This document shows, piece by piece, positions 1 to 27,370 of a DNA stretch of 64,000 bases. Source of the DNA: Paraspadella gotoi (lineage: Eukaryota; Animalia; Chaetognatha); contig CM119270.1 in NCBI GenBank assembly GCA_051294375.1, forward strand, positions 11,012,100-11,076,099, in the 5' to 3' direction. Position 1 is the first letter of the stretch, and each line of letters opens with the position of its first letter. Below the pieces are notes generated by a model. It made no database searches and had not been told where the DNA came from. It worked only from the letters and a program-made list of their open reading frames with translations. Both the position numbers and the translations under genes were made by a program.

Positions 1-53
1 CCAGGGACCTTTAGATCTTCAGTCTAACGCTCTCCCAACTGAGCTATTTTGGC
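1..53 (-). tRNA. tRNA-Phe(GAA), partial (3' part lies outside the window); acceptor-stem variant GCCAAAA
   Basis: Reverse complement reads GCCAAAATAGCTCAGTTGGGAGAGCGTTAGACTGAAGATCTAAAGGTCCCTGG, matching canonical eukaryotic tRNA-Phe. It shares the flank AACTATAGTATAAAGTAATA with the copy at 251-323. Confidence 0.85.
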
Positions 54-89
54 AACTATAGTATAAAGTAATAAAATACAATTGAAACA

Positions 90-99
90 NNNNNNNNNN
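90..99. other. Assembly gap (10 N)
   Basis: Run of N in the sequence. Confidence 1.
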
Positions 100-100
100 C

Positions 101-165
101 TGAATGGAATTGAACCGGGTCTGTCCGCGTGGCGGACGAGGAATCTACCACTGAAACACCGATGC
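101..165 (-). pseudogene. Degenerate tRNA-Gly(GCC)
   Basis: Reverse complement GCATCGGTGTTTCAGTGGTAGATTCCTCGTCCGCCACGCGGACAGACCCGGTTCAATTCC resembles tRNA-Gly(GCC). It has U33>C, TTCA instead of TTCG in the T-loop, and stem mismatches; the 3' end runs into the gap. Confidence 0.7.
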
Positions 166-250
166 AGTTATTATTTTTGGTTATGTTTTGCTCCACGTAT
201 TAAATAATATTACAAAATTGTCTAAGTAAAATAAGCACAAATGTTATTAG

Positions 251-323
251 TGCCGAAACCCGGGTTCGAACCAGGGCCCTTTAGATCTTCAGTCTAACGC
301 TCTCCCAACTGAGCTATTTCGGC
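251..323 (-). tRNA. tRNA-Phe(GAA), complete, 73 nt
   Basis: Reverse complement GCCGAAATAGCTCAGTTGGGAGAGCGTTAGACTGAAGATCTAAAGGGCCCTGGTTCGAACCCGGGTTTCGGCA forms an intact cloverleaf with A and B boxes. Confidence 0.95.
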
Positions 324-407
324 AACTATAGTATAAAGTAATATATAATATTATATTAATATATATATAACATAATAATATATTTACTTTATTTCCACTA
401 TTTCAAG

Positions 408-1069
408 GGTACTCCCAGAGCAGCCAACTGGATCACCTCTCCTCGGTGCTTCCCCATCATCAGAGTCAACTCTCTGCCGGCGACAAACTCCTCTCGACGA
501 GCCACTTGGGCCTCGACCCTCTGGGGCCGAGGCTGAGCAACGGCCTCACACCGGACTCCTCGCCGCCTCATCATCAACAACAGCAGCAACATCAACAACA
601 ACACCACTCCCAACAACCGCAACAACATCACCCCGGTGGCAACGGCAGCAACCCTCACCATCAACCCCAACAACAACATCACAACAATAACAACAACAAC
701 AAGCGAAAGAGAACGCTGAGCGCCCTAGGCGGCGGCTCCGGAGGTGGAAGCGGCGGTGGCGGCGGCGGAGTCGACGACGAAGTCGATTCGGTAGGTGACG
801 AGACGGAGGTGCTGGTCGGTCGGCTCGGTCCCGGCGCCGCGACTCATCATTCCGGCGCCGATCCGCCCGGCAACGGGGTCGGCGTCATCGTCTGCCCCGG
901 GGAGACGTCGCCCGGTGGCGCCACCGGCTACTACGGGCGTTCTCCGCCGGCGGCGCGATTTTCCTTGGCGGAGACCAACGCCTGGTCCGCCGCAGCAGCC
1001 GCAGCAGGAGGCGGACATGAGATCGACGAGAAGATGGGAGACTCTTTTCATCCTTTCAACAACTCTTGA
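408..1069 (+). CDS. Terminal coding exon of a gene starting upstream of the window; polyQ/H/N/G/A low-complexity, transcription-factor-like C-terminus
   Basis: Acceptor tttcaag at 401-407; GC-rich open frame YSQSSQLDHLSSVLPHH...NKRKRT (NLS-like)...FHPFNNS*. No domain is recognisable in this exon. Confidence 0.7.
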
Positions 1070-1147
1070 GTCTTGAGTCTTGAGTCTTGAGTCTTGAGTC
1101 TTGAGTCTTGAGTCTTGAGTCTTGAGTCTTGAGTCTTGAGTCTTGAG
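1064..1147 (+). repeat. Perfect heptamer tandem repeat (TCTTGAG)x12; the first unit contains the stop codon
   Basis: Read directly; TGA 1067-1069 lies within unit 1. Confidence 0.95.
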
Positions 1148-2594
1148 TCGAGAAGAGAGACTAGTGATGAGCGGTGGTTAATGAATAATGGTTATATAAG
1201 ATGGTCGACTCACTGAGAATAAAATTTATTTTTTAACCATGCTGTCACTGTGTGCATAGACGGCGAATAACCTGTTTTTATTATTCATTTCAATGTACAA
1301 ATTGTAAGTTTGAAGAACTTATTGAATCGTGTTGAAGTGGGTATTTTTATTTTTTTAATTTTTGGGTTTTAGTTTCATTGAGTTTTTTTTTGTTTAATCA
1401 ATAATTTTGGGATGTTATTAAAACGAACTTTCATTTTGCAGTTGCTATGAATTTGGTGACAATACGTAAATACTTAAAAGTCCTTTTCTCGTTATATCGC
1501 CGTCCACCGCTGTTATTGAATCATTTTATACAATGGGCGATTATGACCGAATAAATTTTGTAATTAGAGGCTTTGAAACCGTCTCAACTACATCCACGAG
1601 AATATTACATTAAAATAAATTATTCGTTGTGTTCGTATGGGAAGGTTATATGAGGATTATTGGTTGTGCGTCTTTATGCTATTTTTCATTTGTTCAAATG
1701 CTGATAATGTTACTGATTATGATGTTTCGGTACATTAACTAATTGAGTCTTTTTACGTTGTTCTTTAGAATCTTAAAAAAAGATAAATTTTTTTGCAAAT
1801 GGCCCCCCCAAAAACCCCTCAATTTTAGGATACCATGTACATAAGCGATACATTATCTACGTGCCATCGTTTTCGAAATTTTGGTTTTTTTAAACAATAT
1901 ATACTAGCATGACTTTTTGCTCAAACCCCATATGTAGTTTTGAACTTTTGTTAAACCTTTTTTCTCTCTCCCTCTCTCATTGCGACATTGTGTAACATTT
2001 GAATCTGCCAACTTACATTTTTTTACTATATGTATACTGTACATTGATTAGCTGAATTATGTGTACCTTATTCACAATTTACGATTGTAATCATTAAAGA
2101 TCGAATTGAGTAAAATAATTATTTAAATTATACAAAGTTGGAGTTTGTAGAAGAGTAGTTTCAATCATAGAGAGTTTAAGCTCGTTTAGCTTCTAATGTG
2201 TACAAACGCTTATATTTATACAACGAAATATTCTCAGTTATTCTTCTATTAAATGTATTATCCCAATTTGGTTCGAGGACAGTTTTTTTTCAAAGTTCAA
2301 GTAAACTGCGAGATTCCGATCTGTCGAGACTCTTAATGCGTAAACAAAATAGCAAAAGGAGACTTTAATTTTTCTCATTTGCTGAGGAGCTAAAACGAAA
2401 AGAGGATTCGAATATTCTCACTTTAGTCTGGCACTTGTTGAAGATTAGTTCGTTCGATATAAAATTCAATTAATTCTAATTTAACGAATTCGATGCAATA
2501 GTTTTAAAATAACTGTGACACATCATCGGCAATTTGAAAGACAATAACAATAACATTGTTACATTGTTACTAACAGCTAAGCAGTTAACAACTT

Positions 2595-5954
<3,360 letters not shown>

Positions 5955-6384
5955 CTTCGCTCGATTCCAGCTGCTGCCGCGAGAGAGTTTATTTTTTTTC
6001 TATAATTTTTATTATAATTTTTTTTACATTTTTTTTGTTCTTTAAGTTTTAAGTAAAAAATGTTTTAAAATCTTATAATTTTAAAATCCCATTAAATTTG
6101 TTTTTCATTTTGTTTTGTATATTTATTTCTTTGTTGTAATTACTCGTATTGTGTTCGATTAGATTTGATGAAATCCCGAAATTGAGAGAATTTTTTGTAA
6201 AATTTCTCGTACGAATCGAGCTGATTAATCGAATTTTTTTGAATCAATTGACCAGAAGAGAAAAGATAAACTTTTTACTGAAGTTTTTAGAATTTAGTTG
6301 AATCAAGTTGTAATTTTACGAGAGCCGATCTCCGACTACATTGCGGACGTCACAATCCGCGTTCGTAGTAATATAAAACGTAGG

Positions 6385-6720
<336 letters not shown>

Positions 6721-9399
6721 AAATTGACCGAAAAAAAAATATATGAGAAAAAAGTAGCGAAATGAATTTTCAAGTCTCGTAACAAAAAATAATGACTCTG
6801 GGAGAAAAAGAAGGTAGAGGAAGAGGAAGAGGAAGAAGAGGAGGAGGAACAGAATAAAAAGGAATCAGTTTAGGAGAATAGATATGGTAGGAAAAAGACC
6901 AGTTGAGGGGGGGGGGTGATAGGTGATATTAGGTGGAGAGTAGGAGTGGATCCACTTTTCGAATCGACAGGGTGAAGAGTAAAGAGAAGAATTTTGGGTT
7001 GTAATTAGGGTTAAAAAAATCTGAGAAGAGAAAAAAAAGATAGGAGCATAAAACTATGATGAGGACGAAGACGACGACGATGACGATTCGAATGATGAAT
7101 AACAGAAACGTTTCTCTTTTTTTAAATTTCGGCGATCATTAGATCGTTAGGTCGTCGCTTTCGCGGTTTCCGTTCTCAAAAGATCCAAGTATTGGATGTT
7201 ATAAGTATAAGTATAAGTATTGGATGTTATAAGTATTAACTAGACGGCGGCGGAAACAACGTTGGCGGCGACCGCGCGGCAGCGGCGACGTGGCGGCGAC
7301 GGCGGCGGCGGCGGCATTACTTTTACGGTTTGTATTTTAAACCGGATTTCTTTTATCTAGCCTTTTTTAACTTTCTCAATCAGATTTTTACTTAACTTTT
7401 GAAATTTAAATACTTTATTTCTATTTTCTTCATTGTTTTGCCAAGTTTTTCGGTTTCTATATTTTTTCACACAATTTCTTATTTTTACATTAATAGTTTT
7501 GATTCCCGAATTCCTTGAAAATCTGTTACTTTAGAGCAAAATAATTAACGAAAAGAAGTCAGGGTCGTCGTCTTTGTCGTCGTCTTCGTCGTCGTCGTAT
7601 TCGTTCTTGTCTATGAAGTGGGTCATGTTTTATTCAAGGGCATCGGATGAGGAGAAGCCAATCCATGGTCTCGACACCTTGGCCATCCCACATTGTTACC
7701 CACAATTTCCGTCGCTATTATAAGTATTTCTAATCATTTATTTAAGACAAATTTTTCATGAAACGCGTGATACCAAAGAAAGAGCAATCATCCTTCAATT
7801 TGAAAAAATAAACTTGATCAGATTTTCTTAATTGAATAATAATGATGATGATGATGATTTTTTAAGGTTTTTTAAAATTTAAACCCATTTATCATTAAAA
7901 TTTTTAAAATTTGTAATACTAACTTTTATCTAACTTTTTAATCTTTCCGAAAAATTTTTTTAAGCATTTCTTATATATAGTTAAATATTAAAATGCTTCC
8001 ATGCGTGTGGAAAATTAATTTAATCAAAATCTAACATTATAAGTCAATTTGGTTATAAAAGGTTATAAAAGGTTATAAAAGACTTGCATTGCAGACTATT
8101 TCATATTGTAAAAAAATGTTTAATTCTGGTCCGCCTTACTATGCATGCACAACTACAAAAATCTAGTGAAAGAGTCATCTTAAGAAGTTGGGATTTTCTG
8201 TAATACTTCTACACCCTGGACAATAGGGTCTCAGGACCGATCAGCTCTAGAAGTAATGTTCCCTCGTCATATAATTTATATTATAAAAACTAAAGTTTGG
8301 TAAAAAAATCGACGTTTTAGGCCACGTTAAAATATCATATTGAAGCAAAGACTAAAAGGCCATGTAGTTTGGCCTTCGACAAGAAAATTTTTAAGCGACG
8401 CAAAAATTTACTCTCAATAAAGGAAGACGATTTTGGTCGTAGTTCAGCCAGATTTTGAATGATATTTCTAACTTTTTAATAATTTTAACTTTTTAAGCAT
8501 TTATCTATTCAATGATATGTTGAAATATTATGTATTTATATTAAGTCATTCACGAGTAATTATTTTTTTTATGTCATTCGTTTTCATACACGGGAGTATT
8601 TCTGCTGGAATATAAACCAAAAAATAAAAAAAAATAACTTAATTAAAGTTAATTTCTTAAAAAAACATCGGAAAGTAAAAAAGCTAAAAATTTGGTTGCT
8701 TTAATTCGGCTATTTTCAAAGGAAAACAAACGTTTCTCTTTTTGAGCTTTTCATATTTTGTCATTTCTCACGAAAAAAATATTTAGTCACGTTTTAAAAA
8801 TTATTTCAAATTTTGAAGCAACTTGGAATTTTGTATTTAGGGATTAGGTCCATTATGGATTACTATTTAGGTTAGCTTGCGTTCTATATTTAGAAAGATA
8901 ATACGAAAAATTTAAATTCTTACTTAATTGAAGATCTTCTGTTTTCTTTTTCCACCTATACAATGACATCTCGTAATCAAAAGCAAAGATTTTCATTGAA
9001 AACAAGTGACGTTTCTAAATTGCTCTACATTTTTGTCATACCTTAGAACTTTTACGGTCAATTTTGGAGGCAAACTTCTGTTCTCACACGACAACCAACT
9101 TTCCTTTAATTATATTTTATTAACTGGTTTTTTTTTTTCAATTTTTTTACCAAATTCAAATCCTAAACCTTTTCCTTCGACAGCCCCAATTTCCTTTCTC
9201 TTCCTCTTTCACTTTCTTCATTCCCCTTCCTCCCTTCCCCTTTCCTCCCTTCCCCCTTCCCCCTTCCCCCTTCCCCCTTCCTCCCTTTCCCCATTTTTTT
9301 CACAAGAAACTCTGGTTTTGAAATTTCCCTTCGTCCTGACGCAGCCTTCGAACCTCTCTCTCTCTCCCTATCTTTCTGTCGTCCTCTCTCTTCGATGCC

Positions 9400-9433
<34 letters not shown>

Positions 9434-9593
9434 AACTCTCTCTCTCTCGAGCTCTGGCAACTCGCACGTGCCAAGGAGCCGCGCGCTGTGCCTCCAGAAA
9501 GAAGAGGAGAGGAAGAGCAGGAAGAAGTTAAGGAGGAGGAGGAGGAGGTTGCACATGCGGACAGCCTAGAGTGACGACGCAAGACGAGAAAAG

Positions 9594-9667
<74 letters not shown>

Positions 9668-9980
9668 ACTGGCGGCCCTGTCTCCGCTTTCCTGTAGCAG
9701 GGTCAAATCTCGGATTCTGCCCTATTCCTCCTCCTCCTCTCGTCCCTTTTCAACAGGAACCCTATACTTCCTCCTCCTCTTCCTCCTCAATTTTTTCTCA
9801 CACGCTTCCTCCCCGCAACCCCCCTTCTTACCCCCCTCTCTCTCTCTCCCTCTCTCTTTCTCTCTCTCTCTTTCTTTCTTTCTCTCTTCCTCTCTCTCTC
9901 TTTCTCTTTTCTTTCTCCTTCCTTTCTCGTTTAACAATCTCAAATTATAATTTAGACAGAGAGAGTGTTCTTTTCCCCAA

Positions 9981-10032
<52 letters not shown>

Positions 10033-10511
10033 CAAATCGCGCCATTTTATAAATCGCGCCCCATTTTTTTCTCTCGGTCTCTGGAATTTCTTCTTCACGA
10101 ACTCGACTCGTCGAATCTCGTTTCTTCTCCGAATTAATTCCCGATTTTATTTTCCTTCTCGAAGTCATTTTCGTCTCCAGTAAAAGCGATTGTGAAACCG
10201 TTAAACAATGACGAAGAGCCATGTGCCATTTGACAATCTCCAGTAACGATCGTCTAAGCCTTCCACTTTGTGTTTACGTGGGTTTACCCTTGAAAGCTTG
10301 GAGTACCAACCCGAAAATATACATTATACTGGAGATTCTGTGTGCGATAACAAGCACTTTTCTTCCAGAATTTAAGGAACTTTCGTCGTCAAAATGTAAA
10401 TCTGGGCGTGGTCCAGGGTCAAGCAATTATCAAGCATCGAAGAAAAAATGATTTAAGATCAAACCATTCTCAAAAAAAAAAAATCCATCAATTTTTTTTC
10501 ACTCTTGTGGC

Positions 10512-10610
<99 letters not shown>

Positions 10611-11504
10611 ATCGCGAATGAGATGTTTTTTTTTTTCTCTCCCATGGTGGTTCGATTGGATTGGAGAGAAACAGTGTTTAATGTTTTCGAGGTTTTTGAT
10701 CGAAGTCTCTTTCGCCTTGGGGAATTCTTTCGACGCGCGATCAGAAAACATTTTAAGATTTCTATAGAGAAAACCTAAAAACTTAAAGACGTTTGAAGAT
10801 CTCTCCCTAAATGTTTTGATGGAGGAGAATGGATGTTTAAATATCCGAATATTTAAAAATTCTGTCAAAATTTGATTTAACCAAAGTGAAAATCTGAGTG
10901 ATCGAGTTAGTAAGTAAATTAAGAAATACTTTGTTAAAAAGTAAGATCTTCATTTATTTTAAAATCCAATGACACTCAAAATATAAAACTGTTTAGTTTC
11001 CACGAGAAGGAAATATGTTTTTTGCTGAATGAAGGTCAAACAACTTCTAATTCTATTTTTTTACCTAATATTGTACTTGGAACAATCGTGAACAACTCAG
11101 ACTCAGGTTCAGAACTTTTATTGAACTCGTATGACTTTCTATTGAAACAATGGACGCTCTTCATGTAAAAAGGGTTAATAAATGTAGAAATATGCAGCTG
11201 TATTGACGTATTGTACTATCCCTACCTCCACTCTTCTTGGTCACTTCACAGCTTCAAATACACAATAAAAAACATTGAGTTATTGACTCAAATAGATAAA
11301 CTGCTTCTTACCTATTTGGAAAACCTCGAGCCACAAGGGGGTTCGGACAACGGACGTCAAGTTTAGTCAGCGAATCAACTGATATAAACAAAACGTTAAA
11401 AAAAAAGTAAACTTTTAAAGAATGAGAAGAAAAAAATATGAAAATCCGGAAAATGATGTGAAAATGAATCGAGGGAATCAGATTTGATGAAGAGGCGCGA
11501 TATT

Positions 11505-11610
11505 GGGATCGAGGGATCGAGGGATCGAGGGATCGAGGGATCGAGAGATCGACGGATCGACGGATCGACGGATCGATGGATCGACGGAACGACGGATCGA
11601 AGGATCGACG
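11505..11610. repeat. Octamer minisatellite (GGGATCGA/CGGATCGA)n
   Basis: Read directly. Confidence 0.9.
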
Positions 11611-13461
11611 GAATGACAGGTCCGGACTACGCGGAGATCTGACTCCCTGAATCATCTCTTCCCGGGGGAAGGGCCTCAGAATGACACAATGAAGGCTTTT
11701 GGGCAGAGGGCGCGCCCGATGACTTTATCTAGAAGGTATTCTGCTTGAGAAATGAGCATGCCCGATGTTTGATCGTGTATAAATTTTTAAACATCCTTTT
11801 TCGATGGACAGCTTATTTATCTATGGGTTAACATTAGATTAGAGGGTTGTCTTTGTCTGAGCGCGGCCCTGGACTTGATACCTGCTTTCAACAAATGAAC
11901 ATCCTCTCCTGTCCAGATTCTTCTGTATTGTCTACATCCCTTCGCAACTTCCATCATAGTTTCTGCCAGGGGAACCCAGCTCGATTCGTATTTGTTTATT
12001 TTGGCGAACCGTTCAAAAGTGTGTATTTTTCTCAGGTACTATCAACAATCCTCCGTACATTAATTAATTATAATTTTTAAAATATTAAATAAATTTAAGA
12101 GATGAAAAACGACGCAACGGTGGATATTATCCACTTGCTCACAATGATGATTTTCGCAGATCAAGTTCCCTCAGCAAGGGTCCATGAAAAAGAGCGACGA
12201 AGCGACTTCAACGTGTACTTAAATTTATCGGTCGGTCTACATTAAAAATTATCTCATGATTTATTTGCTTCGAGAAAATCATATCAAAGAACTGTATTCA
12301 ACTTCTACAATTTTACTTGACTTTATTTGGGGCGGGAATCCGATGAAAAGAGATTACAATCACGATCCACGTTATGCGGAAACGGCAGCGCGAAACCAGG
12401 GGGCTGATCACGTGATATCGAAGCAGGTCTTCAACTTTTTCTCCTTCCGAAATCGATCTTTTTTCTTCCGATCTCGATTTTCGACTCAGCGAGCCTCGCG
12501 CAGAGTAGGCCGCTTCGCCTTATGATATAAATTTTCAAATTTTTAATGATTCATATCCTATATTTCGATTTGTATTTGTTCTCCGGAAGCCGTTTCCAAG
12601 AAATATAGTTTCATATACACCAATGCAAAAAAAATTGAACCGGGGAAAAAATTCCTAACGCTCGATCACCATCGGTCCTTGATCTTAACACCGGACTCCG
12701 CGGATCGAAAACTAAACCAGACTTGATCGATCTTCGTGCGTTCGCAAACAGCTACAGCGTGGTCATTAAAAAGAGGGATACTAAAACATCCGGTCGACAA
12801 TTTTTTCTTATTTATTTCCTTTGAGAAAGAAAAGTTTTTCTCTGGTTTCGACTTCGATCGAAAGACTAAAATTTTTCGATCTCTATTCATTCATTTTTTT
12901 TTCTTCTCAACTTTTTTTCTTCGCTACTTTTCGCGTTCACGACATCGGATGAATTTTTTTTTTTTGACACTCACCAATTTCGTCAGTTTTTGTTTCCTTT
13001 CGTTCATTGGTTGTGACTTTTTGTTCATTGGATTTTCCTTGGTATAGTAAAGCAATTTGATTGAGGTAATTCTTTCCAATCGTTACATATCGCCAATTAG
13101 GAAAGTCTTTTACCCTTCGTTCAGAAAGTTTAATTTCTGCTCAACCTCTTTTTTTATGACAATCTCCTCCCGTTTCATTCGTTGGCTTTTTGTTTCGCTC
13201 TTGTTTATGACAGTCGCCGTCAATTTCAGTTGGCCAATGGCCAGTCCTTTTCCTCTTCATTCTTTCCCCGATTATGACGTTTGCTTCGATAATTTTATTT
13301 TTGGAAAATCGCGAAATAATCCTGGATATACGGTCGGTGGTTGTGAGTTGTATCCATCTTTTGGAATGAGTTGTTCGATTGTTTTTTTTTCCCCCTTTTT
13401 TTTATCTATCTTTAATATTAATGTGCTTGCTCTATGAATATTTTTTTAGTTTCTTTTTATA

Positions 13462-13507
<46 letters not shown>

Positions 13508-13519
13508 TCCTTCTTTCCT

Positions 13520-13571
<52 letters not shown>

Positions 13572-14162
13572 TTCTCTATTTTTTCGTATCTATATTTGTG
13601 AATTTTTTGAATAATCTTTTACATCTTTTTCCCTATTTTCTTCATTTTATATTATGTTTTTTTATTCATCTTAGAGTAATTGTTTCCTCGTTCGAGTTCT
13701 CTCGCGCTCTTCGTATTTTCTTCACTTTTCCCCATTTGCGGTTTTTTTTTTTCATTTTACATTATTCTTTTTTTATATTACCCACGATTTCGATTCTCGA
13801 TCGAGATCCAGTTTTCTTCTTCACCCAAACTCGTCTTAATCATTTTGAGAAGAAAAACGATAGAAGATGAAAAGAAAAACTTCGCGTGAAAAAGATTAAA
13901 AAAATGAAGATGATGAAATTGTGAAGGTGAAACCAGAGGATGCCGACAACAACGACAACAACCACAACGACGGCGAAGAATAAAAAAAAAAAAAGATCGC
14001 CGCCGAACAACAAGAAATTCGATGGATCTCTTCCCGATTCTTCGCGCGCGTTTTTCCTTTTTTATTGTTTTGTTTTTACGATCTTATGTATGTATATTTC
14101 AGTCTTTCTTTCCGGTTTTTCGTCTTTTGTTTAATCATTCCTTTTTCAATTAACGCCCACAG

Positions 14163-14387
14163 ATGACGACTCCGCTCTTCCTCACGAAATCTTCGACGTC
14201 GGCGACTCACACGTCCAAAACTCGCGTCCAAACCATCGCCAACGCCAAAGCCAACCACGCCATCGCCGACGGAAGCGCCAACGCCATTCGTCGGGCCACA
14301 AATTGCGCCACCGTAGAAGCCTTCGAATCTAGAATCGTCTCGTGGAAGAGCAGAAGTCTCGAAGATTGAAATACGACGTCGAAACAC
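14163..14387 (+). other. Candidate 5'UTR exon of the PKC gene carrying a 68-aa uORF (14163-14369)
   Basis: Acceptor cccacag directly before ATG; donor gtgaga at 14388; GC-rich island upstream of the PKC ATG exon (acceptor ttttcctgcag at ~15235). Confidence 0.4.
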
Positions 14388-15313
14388 GTGAGAGAATCTA
14401 TTTCTATTAGTTGTTCTGTTTGTGTTTAATTGTTTATTTTAATTTGTTTAAAATTAGTTCATTTTTGTCCCGATATGATTAGTTGTTGATTGAATATGCG
14501 ATATGAAGATAAGACGCTGACAAAACATGATAAATACAGAGTTTCTCAAGTGTACTGTCTCTTTAGTTATAAAAACTGCATTTACTATAGTCGTTAGATT
14601 TAGAAGTCCATACAGTTTTATATGATGTTGTGGCGGTATATTCACACCGCCTCACGTCCATCATCGTTCAGTCAATCCCATTGGGAACACACCATCCAAG
14701 GCGTTGTGTTCCATCCACAGTTGTCCTTACAACATTCCTCTGCGTTGGCAAAGCGAGACCGTCCTAGGGTAACCGCGCCAGTGACTGGAAGCCCCCAAAG
14801 CCAACAGTGAGATCCCCCATCCCAATAGGCATCACAGGCAAACCGGCTGTTGCCATAATGTGTTCATTTTTAAAATCAAACGATTATATCACTTTTTATC
14901 GGCACGCAAAGCAAATTTCGAGAAAATCCTTTGTCAATTTTAAAATATTCAAATCTTTCTAACTACCTTTTTTTCAGCTACTTGTCTACATAATAATTTG
15001 TAGGCACGGTATAATGATGGTCACAGCCCTTTCCGAACATATTTTTACCATAGTCCTTCCAATTTAAGAGTAATTGATGGGTTTTAATTGAAAGATTGTT
15101 ACGTACATGCAGCTGGTTTGACAGAGCCAATTGCATTAACAATACATATGAGCTGCAGTCAGCTGGAAAATAGTTCTATCAGTAAAAATCAGTAAAAAAT
15201 CACTAATCATCTAACAAAATATGCTTTTCCTGCAGTGTCCTCCGTCCTACCCAGCAACCCATCTTCCTTCCTTCCTTCTCCACCTCAACCCGCCAACCCC
15301 CAACCACCTCGAA

Positions 15314-27370
<12,057 letters not shown>

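Noticed and set aside
8310-8345. TTAGGCCACGTTAAAATA resembles the pistol ribozyme consensus
   Set aside because: The P1 partner strand and pseudoknot are absent; chance match.
11735-11980. Possible Penelope-like remnant on the minus strand (RQPSNL, RACSFL)
   Set aside because: Too short and disrupted to support a call.
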